NCBI GenBank assembly: GCA_963816695.1
Contig: CAWFLV010000002.1
Span: 31,667 to 95,666, forward strand
Length of the DNA: 64,000 nucleotides
Reading direction: 5' to 3'
Source of the DNA: an uncultured Actinomycetota bacterium
GTDB lineage: Bacteria > Actinomycetota > Actinomycetes > Actinomycetales > Angustibacteraceae
In this document: positions 28,560 to 40,284 of the stretch, in pieces
How the letters are laid out: each line of letters begins with the position of its first letter
Position numbering within the stretch: position 1 is the first letter of the stretch
The notes under the pieces: generated by a model
What the model saw: only the letters and a program-made list of their open reading frames with translations
Told to the model about the DNA's origin: nothing
Database searches by the model: none
Program-made: the position numbers and the translations under genes

Positions 28560-29371
28560 ACGCCCTGGCGCTGCCCGCGCAGCTGATGGCCACCGGCGAC
28601 CCGACGCCGGGCTCGGCCGAGACCGTGCTCTTCTGGATCCTCGCGCCGATCATGGTGATCGCGGCGCTGGGGCTCGTCTTCGCCCGCAAGGCGGTCCACG
28701 CGGCCCTGGGCATGGCGCTGGTGATGGTCAGCCTCGGCGCGATCTACCTGGCGCAGGACGCCGACTTCCTCGGTGTCATCCAGGTGTTCGTCTACACCGG
28801 CGCCGTCATGATGCTCTTCCTGTTCGTGCTGATGCTCGTGGGCGTCGACTCCTCGGACTCCCTCGTCGAGACCATCACCGGGCAGCGCTGGGTGGGCGTC
28901 CTGCTGGCGCTCGGGCTCGGCGGCCTGATCATCGCCGCGGTGGGCTCGGTGTCGTTCGGCGCCCCGATGGGGCTGAGTGACGCCAACGCCGACGGCAACG
29001 TCACCGGCATCGCCAACCTGATCTTCGGCAAGTACGTGTGGGCCTTCGAGGTCACCAGCGCGCTGCTGATCACCGCGGCCATGGGCTCGATGGTGCTCGC
29101 GCACCGCGAGCGGCTGGGCACCAAGCGCACCCAGCGGGTGCAGGCCGAGGAGCGCTTCCGCACCGGCGTCATGCCCGCCGGTCTGCCCGCCCCCGGCGTC
29201 TTCGCCCGGCACAACGCCGTCGACACCCCGGCGCTGCTGCCGGACGGCACGCCGAGCGAGCTGTCGGTGTCGCGGGTGCTGCGCATCCGCCACCAGGTGC
29301 GGCCGGCGGACGACTTCGATCGCGACGTCCCGGCGATCGAGCAGGACCTCGAGGAGGGAGGACGGCGATGA
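28556..29371 (+). CDS. nuoJ: NADH-quinone oxidoreductase subunit J (long C-terminal extension)
   Basis: ATGA overlap with nuoI. ND6-like TM core ([24 protein letters not shown]). Confidence 0.93.
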   Translation: MNALALPAQLMATGDPTPGSAETVLFWILAPIMVIAALGLVFARKAVHAALGMALVMVSLGAIYLAQDADFLGVIQVFVYTGAVMMLFLFVLMLVGVDSSDSLVETITGQRWVGVLLALGLGGLIIAAVGSVSFGAPMGLSDANADGNVTGIANLIFGKYVWAFEVTSALLITAAMGSMVLAHRERLGTKRTQRVQAEERFRTGVMPAGLPAPGVFARHNAVDTPALLPDGTPSELSVSRVLRIRHQVRPADDFDRDVPAIEQDLEEGGRR

Positions 29372-29667
29372 GCCTGAGCAACTACGTGTACCTCGCCTCG
29401 ATCCTGTTCGCGATCGGTGCGGCCACCGTGCTGCTGCGCCGCAACGCGATCGTGGTCTTCATGGGCGTCGAGCTCATGCTCAACGCGACGAACCTGCTGT
29501 TCGTGACGTTCGCGCGCATGCAGGGCAGCCTCGACGGCCAGGTGGTCGCGTTGTTCGTGATGCTCGTGGCCGCCGCCGAGGTCGTCGTCGGCCTCGCGAT
29601 CATCCTCAGCATCTTCCGCGCCCGCCGCTCGGCCTCGGTCGACGACGCCAACCTGCTCAAGCTCTGA
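29368..29667 (+). CDS. nuoK: NADH-quinone oxidoreductase subunit K
   Basis: 99 aa with 3 TM helices ([26 protein letters not shown]). ATGA overlap with nuoJ. Confidence 0.95.
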   Translation: MSLSNYVYLASILFAIGAATVLLRRNAIVVFMGVELMLNATNLLFVTFARMQGSLDGQVVALFVMLVAAAEVVVGLAIILSIFRARRSASVDDANLLKL

Positions 29668-29701
29668 CGGGCACGAGAACCGAAACGGAACCGATACCCA
29701 G

Positions 29702-31639
29702 ATGACCACCACATCGCTCCTCGCGGCCGAGGGCACGACGCAGGTCGCCGCAGCCTCCGGGGTGTTCTCGCTGACCTGGCTGCTCGTCGGGCTGCCGCTG
29801 CTCGGTGCCGTGGTGCTGCTCTTCGGCGGCCGCCGCACCGACCGGTTCGGCCACCTGCTCGGCACGCTGGCGTCGTGGGCGGCCTTCGTCGTCGCCGCCC
29901 TGCTGTTCCTCGCCATGATCGGCAAGGACTCCGGCGAGCGCGCGGTGGGGCAGCACCTGTTCACCTGGGTGCCGGCGGGTTCGTTCAAGGTCGACGCCGG
30001 GCTGCTGCTCGACCCGCTGTCGATGGCCTTCACGCTGCTGGTCACCTTCGTCGGCTCGCTGATCCACGTGTACTCGATCGCGTACATGGAGCACGACGCC
30101 GACCGCCGGCGGTTCTTCGGCTACCTCAACCTGTTCGTGGCCTCGATGCTGCTGCTGGTGCTGGCCAACAGCTACCTGCTGCTCTACGTCGGCTGGGAGG
30201 GCGTGGGTCTGGCCTCGTACCTGCTCATCGGCTTCTGGTACCAGAACTCCTCGTACGCGGCAGCGGGCAAGAAGGCGTTCGTCGCCAACCGCGTGGGTGA
30301 CTTCGGGCTCTCCGTCGCGATCATGATCATGTTCGTGCAGTTCGGTGCGGTCGACTTCCAGACGGTCTTCGCGGGGGCCGGCGGAGCCTCCGAGGGCGCT
30401 CTCACGGCGATCGGCCTGATGCTGCTGCTCGGTGCCGCCGGCAAGTCCGCGCAGTTCCCGCTGCAGTCCTGGCTCGGGGACGCCATGGCCGGCCCGACGC
30501 CGGTCTCCGCCCTGATCCACGCGGCCACCATGGTCACCGCGGGCGTCTACCTCGTCGTGCGCTCGCACCCGATCTTCGACCTCGCGCCCACGGCCCAGCT
30601 CGTCGTCGTCATCGTCGGCGCGATCACCCTGCTGTTCGGGGCGATCGTCGGCTGCGCCAAGGACGACATCAAGAAGGCGCTGGCCGCCTCCACGATGAGC
30701 CAGATCGGCTACATGATGCTCGCCGCGGGTCTCGGCCCGGTCGGGTACGCCTTCGCGATCTTCCACCTGCTCACCCACGGCTTCTTCAAGGCAGGCATGT
30801 TCCTCGGCGCCGGATCGGTCATGCACGGCATGAACGACCGGGTCGAGATGCGTCGCTTCGGCGGCCTGTCGACCGTCATGAAGATCACCTGGGTGACCTT
30901 CGGCCTCGGCTGGCTCGCGATCCTGGGCGTCCCTCCGTTCGCCGGCTTCTGGAGCAAGGACAAGATCATCGAGGCCGCCTTCATCGGCGAGGGCTGGCGT
31001 CCGTGGGTCTTCGGCCTGGCGGCCCTCATCGGCGCCGGCATCACGGCCTTCTACATGTCGCGCCTGTTCTTCATGACCTTCCACGGCAAGCGGCGCTGGG
31101 AGGACGACGTGCACCCGCACGAGTCCCCGCTGCTGATGACCGTGCCGATGATGGTGCTCGCTGTCGGCTCGGCCTTCCTCGGCCTGATCCTCGGCCCGAC
31201 CAACCTCATCACCAACTGGCTGGCGCCCGTCGTCGGCGAGCACTCCGAGGGTGAGCCCGTGCTCGCCGTCCCGGTGCTGATGGTGCTGACGCTGCTCCTC
31301 GTCGCGATCGGCATCGGCCTGGCCTGGATGCAGTACTGGCGCGCCCAGGTGCCGGTGGTCGCACCGACCGGGTCGCTGCTCACCCGCGCCGCCCGGCGCG
31401 ACCTGCTGCAGGACGACGTCAACGAGGCGCTGCTCATGCGCCCGGGCCAGCACCTGACGCGCTCGCTCGTCTTCGTCGACAACAAGGGCGTCGACGGCGC
31501 CGTCGGCGGCTTCGCCGCGCTCATCGGCGGCACGTCGTCGCGACTTCGACGCTGGCAGAACGGCTTCGTGCGCTCGTACGCCCTGAGCATGCTGGCGGGC
31601 GTCGTCGTCGTCCTCGCCGCGCTGGCGGTGATCCGGTGA
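29702..31639 (+). CDS. nuoL: NADH-quinone oxidoreductase subunit L
   Basis: 645-aa antiporter-like subunit with [15 protein letters not shown] and [35 protein letters not shown]. Confidence 0.96.
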   Translation: MTTTSLLAAEGTTQVAAASGVFSLTWLLVGLPLLGAVVLLFGGRRTDRFGHLLGTLASWAAFVVAALLFLAMIGKDSGERAVGQHLFTWVPAGSFKVDAGLLLDPLSMAFTLLVTFVGSLIHVYSIAYMEHDADRRRFFGYLNLFVASMLLLVLANSYLLLYVGWEGVGLASYLLIGFWYQNSSYAAAGKKAFVANRVGDFGLSVAIMIMFVQFGAVDFQTVFAGAGGASEGALTAIGLMLLLGAAGKSAQFPLQSWLGDAMAGPTPVSALIHAATMVTAGVYLVVRSHPIFDLAPTAQLVVVIVGAITLLFGAIVGCAKDDIKKALAASTMSQIGYMMLAAGLGPVGYAFAIFHLLTHGFFKAGMFLGAGSVMHGMNDRVEMRRFGGLSTVMKITWVTFGLGWLAILGVPPFAGFWSKDKIIEAAFIGEGWRPWVFGLAALIGAGITAFYMSRLFFMTFHGKRRWEDDVHPHESPLLMTVPMMVLAVGSAFLGLILGPTNLITNWLAPVVGEHSEGEPVLAVPVLMVLTLLLVAIGIGLAWMQYWRAQVPVVAPTGSLLTRAARRDLLQDDVNEALLMRPGQHLTRSLVFVDNKGVDGAVGGFAALIGGTSSRLRRWQNGFVRSYALSMLAGVVVVLAALAVIR

Positions 31640-31697
31640 CGAGCACCGTGCTCGACCCCAGCTGCCCTGACCACCCGCGACGCGGAACGGACCTGTG

Positions 31698-33230
31698 ATG
31701 CAGAACTTCCCCTGGCTGACGGTGATCGGCGCCGTGCCGCTCGTCGGCGCGGTGGTCGTGGCGCTGCTGCCCCGCGGGCTCGCCGCGCGCGCCAAGCACG
31801 TCGCCCTCGCCGTGTCGGTGGTGACGCTGGCGCTGACGATCGCGATGGCGTTGCGCTTCGACTCCGGCGGTGAGCAGTTCCAGTTCAGCGAGCACTACCG
31901 CTGGATCCCGCAGTTCGGGGTGAGCTACGCCGTCGGCGTCGACGGCATCGGCCTGGTGCTCGTGGCGCTGGCCGTGGTCCTGACGCCGGTGTGCATCCTC
32001 GCGGCCTGGCACGACGTCCCCGAGATCGGTCGGCGCGAGCAGAACTACTTCGCGCTGTTCCTCGTGCTCGAGACGATGATGGTCGGCGTCTTCGCCGCCA
32101 CCGACGTGTTCTTGTTCTACGTGTTCTTCGAGGCCATGCTCATCCCGGTCTACTTCCTGATCGGGTCCTTCGGCGGTGCGCAGCGCCAGTACGCCGCGGT
32201 GAAGTTCCTGCTCTACTCCCTCGCCGGCGGCCTGGTGATGCTCGTCGGCGTCATCGCGCTGTACTTCGCCGGCCCCGGCGGTGCCGACGGCTTCCTGCTG
32301 AGCAAGCTCACCGGGCTCGACCTCGGCGTGGGCACCGAGCGGCTGATGTTCCTGGCCTTCTTCTTCGCCTTCGCCGTCAAGGCCCCGATGTTCCCGGTGC
32401 ACACCTGGCTGCCGGACGCCGCGGCCGAGGCGCCCGCGCCGGTGTCGGTGCTGCTGGTCGGTGTGCTCGACAAGGTCGGCACCTTCGGCATGATCCGGTT
32501 CTGCCTGCCGCTGTTCCCGGACGCCTCCCGGTGGGCGACGCCGGTGGTGATCGTCCTGGCCCTGGTGTCGATCGTGTACGGCGCGCTGCTCGCCATCGGC
32601 CAGACCGACATCATGCGGCTGATCGCCTACACCTCGGTGTCGCACTTCGGGTTCATCGTGCTCGGGATCTTCGCGATGACCTCGCCGGCGCAGTCCGGCT
32701 CGACGCTGTACATGGTCAACCACGGCTTCTCGACGGCGGCGCTGTTCCTCGTCGCGGCGATGCTGATCCGACGGCGGGGGTCGCGGCGCATCCCGGACTA
32801 CGGCGGTTGGCAGCGCGTCACGCCCCTGGTGGCCGGGGTGTTCCTCCTGGCCGGCATGTCGAGCCTCGCGCTGCCTGGTCTGTCGAGCTTCGTCAGCGAG
32901 TTCCTGGTGCTGGTCGGCACCTTCTCCCGCTACCCGGCGGCCGGCGTCGTCGCCACCGTGGGCATCATCCTGGCCGCGCTCTACATCCTGCTGATGTACC
33001 AGCGCATGATGACCGGGCCGCGCCCGGAGACCGCCGTCGGCACCCCCGACCTGAACGCCCGCGAGGCGTGGGTCGTGGCCCCGCTGATCGTCGCCATCAT
33101 CGGCCTGGGCGTCTTCCCCAAGGTGGTGCTCGACGTCGTCGACCCGGCCGTGAAGCAGACCATGTCCCAGGTGGGGGTCACCGACCCCGCGCCGAGGGTC
33201 GCCCCCGCAGCTGAAGGGACCTCGAAGTGA
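31698..33230 (+). CDS. nuoM: NADH-quinone oxidoreductase subunit M
   Basis: ND4-like with FEAMLIPVYFLIG, KAPMFPVHTWLPDA and ISHFGF-type motifs. GTG 31695 is an alternative start. Confidence 0.95.
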   Translation: MQNFPWLTVIGAVPLVGAVVVALLPRGLAARAKHVALAVSVVTLALTIAMALRFDSGGEQFQFSEHYRWIPQFGVSYAVGVDGIGLVLVALAVVLTPVCILAAWHDVPEIGRREQNYFALFLVLETMMVGVFAATDVFLFYVFFEAMLIPVYFLIGSFGGAQRQYAAVKFLLYSLAGGLVMLVGVIALYFAGPGGADGFLLSKLTGLDLGVGTERLMFLAFFFAFAVKAPMFPVHTWLPDAAAEAPAPVSVLLVGVLDKVGTFGMIRFCLPLFPDASRWATPVVIVLALVSIVYGALLAIGQTDIMRLIAYTSVSHFGFIVLGIFAMTSPAQSGSTLYMVNHGFSTAALFLVAAMLIRRRGSRRIPDYGGWQRVTPLVAGVFLLAGMSSLALPGLSSFVSEFLVLVGTFSRYPAAGVVATVGIILAALYILLMYQRMMTGPRPETAVGTPDLNAREAWVVAPLIVAIIGLGVFPKVVLDVVDPAVKQTMSQVGVTDPAPRVAPAAEGTSK

Positions 33231-34780
33231 GCGCGCTGGTGACCGCGGCCGTCACGGCACCCTCGGTGAGCTACCACCTGGTGGCTCCCATGCTCATCGT
33301 CCTGGGTGCGGCGCTGGTCGGCGTCCTCGTCGAGGCCTTCGCGCCCCGCCGCGCGCGGTACGCCGCCCAGGTGAGCGTCACGCTCGTCGGCCTGGTCGCC
33401 GCGTTCGTCGCCGTCGTCCTGGCGACCGGCCACACCAAGGCCAGCACGCTGAGTCGCGCCGTCGTCATCGACGGTCCGGCGCTGTTCCTGCAAGGCACGA
33501 TCCTCGTGCTGTCGATCCTCGCGGTGCTCACCATGGCCGAGCGGTTCGTGGGCAACGAGGGCGACGCCTTCACCTCCCAGGGAGCGAGCGTCCCGGGCTC
33601 GGCGTACGAGGCCGCGACGGCGCGCGCCGGCTGGGTGCAGACCGAGGTGTTCCCGCTGACGCTGTTCTCCGTCGCCGGGATGATGCTCTTCCCGGCCGCC
33701 GGTGACCTGCTGACCCTCTTCGTGGCGCTCGAGGTGCTCTCGCTGCCGCTGTACCTGCTCACCGGCCTGGCGCGGCGTCGTCGCCTGCTGTCGCAGGAGG
33801 GTGCGCTGAAGTACTTCCTGCTCGGCTCGTTCTCATCGGCGTTCTTCCTGTTCGGTGCCGCCCTGCTGTTCGGCTTCTCGGGCTCGCTCTACCTCAGTGA
33901 CATCGCGACGTCCATCGGCACCCGCACCGACGCCGACTCGATGCTGCTCGTCGGCATCGCCATGGTCGCGATCGGGCTGCTGTTCAAGGTCGGCGCCGTG
34001 CCGTTCCACGCCTGGACGCCGGACGTCTACCAGGGCGCCCCGACGCCGATCACCGGCTTCATGGCCGCCTGCACGAAGGTCGCCGCGTTCGGGGCCATGC
34101 TGCGCGTGTTCTACGTCGCCGTCAGCGCGGCTCGTTGGGACTGGCAGCCGTTCGTCTGGGCCGTCGCCATCATCACGATGCTCGTCGGGTCGGTGCTCGC
34201 GATCACCCAGACCGACATCAAGCGCATGCTGGCCTACTCCTCCATCGCGCACGCGGGCTTCGTGCTCACCGGGGTGCTGGCCTTCGACCGCGCGGGTATC
34301 GCGGGCACGCTCTTCTACCTCGCGGCGTACGGGTTCACCACCATCGGTGCCTTCGCCGTGGTGACGCTGGTGCGCGACAGCGCGGGCGAGGCCACCCACC
34401 TGTCCCAGTGGGCCGGGCTGGCGCGCCGCTCGCCGGTGCTCGCGGGCGTCTTCACGCTGTTCCTGCTGGCGTTCGCCGGCATCCCGCTCACCTCCGGCTT
34501 CACCGCCAAGTTCGCGGTCTTCTCGGCGGCGATCGCCAACGGCGGCACGTGGCTCGCGGTGGTGGGTGTGGTGTCCAGCGCCGTGGCGGCGTTCTTCTAC
34601 GTCCGCATCATCGTGCTGATGTACTTCTCGGCCCCCGACTCCGACAGCACGCTGGTCGCCTCGCCGAGCGCCTTCACGACCATCGCCATCGGCATCGGGG
34701 CGCTCATGACCATCATCCTGGGCGTGCTGCCGGGCCCGCTCCTCGACCTCGCGAGCCGCTCGGCTCTCTTCCTGCCGTGA
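33227..34780 (+). CDS. nuoN: NADH-quinone oxidoreductase subunit N
   Basis: ND2-like with LEVLSLPLYLL, KVGAVPFHAWTPDVYQGAPTP and LAYSSIAHAGF. GTGA overlap with nuoM. Confidence 0.95.
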   Translation: MSALVTAAVTAPSVSYHLVAPMLIVLGAALVGVLVEAFAPRRARYAAQVSVTLVGLVAAFVAVVLATGHTKASTLSRAVVIDGPALFLQGTILVLSILAVLTMAERFVGNEGDAFTSQGASVPGSAYEAATARAGWVQTEVFPLTLFSVAGMMLFPAAGDLLTLFVALEVLSLPLYLLTGLARRRRLLSQEGALKYFLLGSFSSAFFLFGAALLFGFSGSLYLSDIATSIGTRTDADSMLLVGIAMVAIGLLFKVGAVPFHAWTPDVYQGAPTPITGFMAACTKVAAFGAMLRVFYVAVSAARWDWQPFVWAVAIITMLVGSVLAITQTDIKRMLAYSSIAHAGFVLTGVLAFDRAGIAGTLFYLAAYGFTTIGAFAVVTLVRDSAGEATHLSQWAGLARRSPVLAGVFTLFLLAFAGIPLTSGFTAKFAVFSAAIANGGTWLAVVGVVSSAVAAFFYVRIIVLMYFSAPDSDSTLVASPSAFTTIAIGIGALMTIILGVLPGPLLDLASRSALFLP

Positions 34781-34787
34781 CCTCGCC

Positions 34788-35813
34788 ATGACCGACCTGA
34801 CGAGCGCGAGCGGGGCCGACGCCTTCGGCCTGCTGCTCGACGACCCCGAGCTGTCTGCCGCGGTCGCCGACGGCATGGCCCGGGTCGAGGCCTCGCTGCG
34901 CGAGTCGGTCGGTCACGTCGACAACTACATCGCGACGACGGCCGGGCACCTGCTCGAGGCGGGCGGCAAGCGCTTCCGGCCGCTGCTCACCGTGCTCGCC
35001 TCCCAGGTCGGGCCGCAGGCCGGCAAGGTGTCGGACGACGTCGTCAAGGCGGCCGTCGTCGTCGAGCTGACGCACCTCGCCTCGCTGTACCACGACGACG
35101 TCATGGACGATGCGGCGATGCGGCGCGGGTCGCAGAGCGCCAACGCGCGGTGGGGTAACACCGTCGCGATCCTCACCGGCGACCTGCTCTTCGCGCGGGC
35201 GTCGCAGGTGGTCTCGGACCTGGGTGCCGACGCCGTCCGGGTGCAGGCGATGACGTTCGAGACCCTCTGCTCGGGGCAGATCCGCGAGACCGTCGGCCCG
35301 GCCGAGGGTCAGGATCCCGTCGAGCACTACCTCGCCGTCCTCGCCGAGAAGACCGGGGTCCTCATCGCGACCGCCGGGCGCTTCGGCGCGTGGTTCGCCG
35401 GGTGCGACCCGGCGACGACCGAGGTGATGCGGTTGTTCGGCGAGCGCATCGGCGTGGCGTTCCAGCTGGCCGACGACCTCATCGACCTGTCCTCGCAGGC
35501 CGAGCAGTCCGGCAAGACGCCCGGCACCGACCTGCGCGAGGGCGTCGCGACGCTGCCGGTGCTGTTCGCCCGCCAGTCCGACGACCCCGCCGACCGCCGC
35601 CTGGTCGAGCTGCTCGACGGCGACCTCACCGACGACGACCGGCACACCGAGGCGCTCGAGCTGCTGCGGCGCCACCCCGCCATGGAGCGCGCACGCGTGC
35701 AGACGCGCCAGTGGGCGGACGACGCGATGCAGACGCTGGCCCCGCTGCCGAACGGCCCGGTCAAGGCCGCCCTGGCGACCCTCGCGCAGGCCGTCGTCGA
35801 GCGCACCGCCTGA
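34788..35813 (+). CDS. polyprenyl diphosphate synthase (trans-IPPS, menaquinone side chain)
   Basis: The first Asp-rich motif is LYHDDVMDD and the second is QLADDLID. It starts 7 nt after the nuoN stop. Confidence 0.9.
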   Translation: MTDLTSASGADAFGLLLDDPELSAAVADGMARVEASLRESVGHVDNYIATTAGHLLEAGGKRFRPLLTVLASQVGPQAGKVSDDVVKAAVVVELTHLASLYHDDVMDDAAMRRGSQSANARWGNTVAILTGDLLFARASQVVSDLGADAVRVQAMTFETLCSGQIRETVGPAEGQDPVEHYLAVLAEKTGVLIATAGRFGAWFAGCDPATTEVMRLFGERIGVAFQLADDLIDLSSQAEQSGKTPGTDLREGVATLPVLFARQSDDPADRRLVELLDGDLTDDDRHTEALELLRRHPAMERARVQTRQWADDAMQTLAPLPNGPVKAALATLAQAVVERTA

Positions 35814-35852
35814 CCGCCCCGCCCTCCCGCGCTCTAGCACCGCCGTGGTAAA

Positions 35853-35931
35853 CCCCGGCCCAGGCGTGCACTTTGTCACCGAAGTGCACGCCTGATCCTG
35901 CCCACGCGTGCACTTTGTCACCGAAGTGCAC
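35853..35931 (-). repeat. repeat family A, locus 2 (inverted relative to locus 1): two 42-bp-period units
   Basis: The reverse complement of 35853-35889 is GTGCACTTCGGTGACAAAGTGCACGCCTGGGCCGGGG. The reverse complement of 35900-35931 is GTGCACTTCGGTGACAAAGTGCACGCGTGGGC. Both are near-identical to the units at 3131-3208. Confidence 0.9.
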
Positions 35932-36007
35932 GCGCGGCCAGGGGTGTGGTTGACAGTGGCCGGACGGGGAGGGGAAGATCGACGGGCGACGTCGTGGGGC
36001 GCGGAGC

Positions 36008-36361
36008 GTGGGCGTCGCAGGAGGGGTCTCGAGGGTGGACGTCACGTCATTGAGCGCGTTCGTGCGGGTGTCCGAGATCGGCTCGATCTCGGAGGCTGCG
36101 CCGGTGCTGGGGTACTCCCAGCCCGGGCTGAGCCAGCGCATCCAGTCGCTGGAACGCCGGCTGGGCTGCCGGCTGTTCGAGCGCGGGCCGCAGGGGGTGG
36201 CGCTGACAGCGACCGGCGCGGCCGTGCTGCCCTACGCCCGCATCCTGGTGACGGTGGCCGACGAGCTCGCCGCGCAGGCGCGCCGGCCGCAGCGCGCTGC
36301 GGGGGGTCCGGTCCGGCGTGCCGTCCCCACCGTCACGGCACCTGCTCGGTCACCGGGCTGA
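36008..36361 (+). pseudogene. LysR-family regulator, HTH domain only (C-terminally truncated)
   Basis: LSAFVRVSEIGSISEAAPVLGYSQPGLSQRIQSLERRLGCRLFERGPQGVALTATG is a LysR HTH. There is no substrate-binding domain. The tail runs into the 3-prime end of the convergent rarD. Confidence 0.55.
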
Positions 36362-37282
36362 CCACGGGCGCGCGGCTGCGACGCCTGGCCCCCCGCACCG
36401 AGTCGACGGTCAGGACGGCGAGCGCGAGCCACACGATGGCGAAGCCGACCCAGCGGGTGAGCGGGACGCTCTCGCCCAGCAGCAGCACCCCCACGAGCAG
36501 TTGCAGCACGGGGGTGATGAACTGCAGCAGCCCGATGGTCACGAGCGGCACGCGCCGGGCGGACGCCGCAAACAGCAGCAGCGGCAGCGCCGTCGCCACG
36601 CCGGTCGAGGCCAGCAGCAGGCCGTGCCAGGGGGCTTCGGCTGTCAGCGTGCCGCGGCCGGTGACCTCGAGCCACACCAGGGCGCCGACGGCGACCGGGA
36701 AGAGCAGCGCTGTCTCCGTGGTGAGGCTGGCCACTGCGCCGACGGTGACGCCGACGCGCTTCTTCATCAGCCCGTAGGTGGCGAAGGACGCCGCGAGCGA
36801 CAGCGCGATCCAGGGCGGTCGCCCGTAGCCGGCGGTGAGCACCGCCACCGCGAGGGCGCCGAGCCCCACGGCGACCCACTGGGGTCGGCTCAGTCGTTCG
36901 CGCAGCACCACGACGCCGACCAGCACGGTCACCAGCGGGTTGATGAAGTACCCCAGCGCGGCCTCGACGACGTGCCCGGAGTTGACCGCGTAGACGTAGA
37001 TCCCCCAGTTCAGGGCGATGCAGACCGCGGCGACGGCCAGGGTGGCGAGCTGGCGTGGTGCCCGCAGCAGGCGCTGCACCCAGTCGACCTGGCGGGTCAC
37101 CGCGAGCAGCAGCAGGCACACGACGAGCGACCACACGACCCGGTGGACGACGATCTCGACCGCACCGGCAGGCTTCAGTGCGCGAAAGTACAGCGGGAAG
37201 GCGCCCCAGAGCAGGTAGGCACCCGCGCCGAAGGCCGTGCCCCGGCGGTTCTCGTGCGCAGCGTCGGCGGTGTCGGGCGCGC

Positions 37283-37286
<4 letters not shown>
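36333..37286 (-). CDS. rarD: EamA/RarD family transporter
   Basis: 317 aa with 10 TM helices. GAGAYLLWGAFPLYF and GYFINPLV are RarD signatures. The GTG start overlaps the korB stop (GTGA). Confidence 0.88.
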
Positions 37287-38358
<1,072 letters not shown>

Positions 38359-38362
<4 letters not shown>

Positions 38363-40284
38363 GAGCGGGCCTCCTGGATGGTGGTCGCGGCCCCGCACGA
38401 CGCGCTGATCACGGCGACGAGCTCAGCGGTCGTGAACGGCAGCCCGCGCACCTGGTTGTAGCCCTGGACGTCGACGAGGAACCTCGCCCGCAGCAGCAGC
38501 GACAGCTGGCCGAGGTTCATCTCGGGGACGATGACGGTGCGGTAGGAACGCAGCACCTCGCCGGTGTTGGTGGGGAACGGGTTCACGTGCCGCAGGTGCG
38601 CCTGGGCGACCCGGCCGCCGGCGGCCCGAACGTCGCGCACGGCCGCGCTGATCGGCCCGTAGGTCGACCCCCAGCCGAGCACGAGGACGTCGGCGCCACG
38701 TCCGTCGGAGCCTTCGGGGTCGTCGACGACGAGCGGCGGCACGCTGCGCGCGATGCCGTCGACCTTGGCCTGCCGCAGCCGCACCATGTGGTCGTGGTTG
38801 TCTGGGTCGTAGCTGATGTTGCCGGTGACGTCGGCCTTCTCGATGCCGCCGACGCGGTGCTCGAGGCCGGGTGTGCCGGGCACCGCCCAGGGCCGGGCGA
38901 GCGTCTCGGCCTCGCGCAGGTAGGGCCGGAACACCGGCTCGCCGGCGTCGTCCGCGGCGTTGGGTTCCGTCGCCAGCTCGACCGCCATGGGGGCCATCGC
39001 GTCGAGATCGGGCACGCGCCACGGCTCGGAGCCGTTGGCCAGGTAGCCGTCGGAGAGCAGGAACACCGGTGTGCGGTAGGTGGTGGCGATGCGCACGGCC
39101 TCCACGGCGGCCTCGAAGCAGTCGGCCGGCGTGCTGGCGGCGACGATCGGCACGGGGGCCTCGCCGTTGCGCCCGAACATCGCCTGCAGCAGGTCGCTCT
39201 GCTCGGTCTTGGTCGGCAGGCCGGTGGAAGGCCCGCCGCGCTGGATGTCGCAGATGACGAGCGGGAGCTCGAGCGACACCGCGAGCCCGATGGTCTCGGA
39301 CTTCAGCGCCACGCCCGGGCCGGACGTGCTCGTCACGCCGACCGCGCCACCGAACGAGGCCCCGAGCGCCGCACCGATGCCGGCGATCTCGTCCTCGGCC
39401 TGCATGGTCGTCACACCGAAGCGCTTGAGGCCCGACAGCGTGTGCAGGACGTCGGAGGCCGGCGTGATCGGGTACGACCCGAGGACCAGCGGCCGGCCGG
39501 CGAGGTGGGCGCCCACGACGAGGCCGTACGCGAGCGCCGTGTTGCCGGTGATGTTGCGGTAGGTGCCCTGCTGCATCGGTGCGGGCGCGATGGAGTAGCG
39601 CACCGCGAAGTCCTCGGTGGTCTCGCCGTAGTTCCACCCCGCCTGCAGCGCGGCGAGGTTGGCCTTGAGGATCTCGGGCTTGGCGGCGAACTTGGCGTGC
39701 AGGAACGCCTCGGTGCCTTCGGTGGGCCGGTCGTAGAGCCACGACAGCAGGCCGAGCGCGAACATGTTCTTCGCGCGCTCCTTCTCCTTGCGGGTCAGGT
39801 CGAAGTCGGCGAGGGCCTCGACCGTGATCGAGGTCAGGCCGAGGGCGTGCACGTGGAAGGAGGCGAGCGAGTCGTCGTCCAAGGGGTTGCTGGCGTAGCC
39901 GACCTTGGCGAGGTTGCGCTTGGTGAACTCGTCGGTGTCGACGAGCAGCGTGGCGCCTCGCGGCAGGTCGCCGAGGTTCGCCTTGAGGGCGGCCGGGTTC
40001 ATGGCGACGAGCACGTCGGGGGCGTCGCCTGGCGTCATGACGTCGTGGTCGGCGAAGTGCAGCTGGAAGCTCGAGACGCCGGGCAGCGTGCCCTGCGGCG
40101 CCCGGATCTCGGCGGGGAAGTTCGGCAGCGTCGACAGGTCGTTCCCGAGGGCTGCGGTCTCGGAGGTGAACCGGTCGCCGGTGAGCTGCATCCCGTCGCC
40201 TGAGTCACCGGCGAACCGGATGACCACGCGGTCCAGCTTGCGCACTGCCTTGCCACTCGTCGGGTGCTTCATGTGCGCCGTCAT
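38359..40284 (-). CDS. korA: 2-oxoglutarate:ferredoxin oxidoreductase alpha subunit
   Basis: VVIRFAGDSGDGMQLTGDRF and GSYPITPASDVLH (POR N/gamma plus alpha domains). The start is uncertain: ATG 40284 or 40272, with the frame open to 40311. Confidence 0.9.

Noticed and set aside
22129-31795. Very long minus-strand ORFs opposite nuoF-nuoL (632, 758, 673 and 712 aa)
   Set aside because: Their translations are Arg/Gly/Pro/His-rich low complexity with no recognisable domains. They lie exactly antisense to strongly conserved nuo genes. This is the typical shadow-ORF artefact of DNA with GC-rich third positions.
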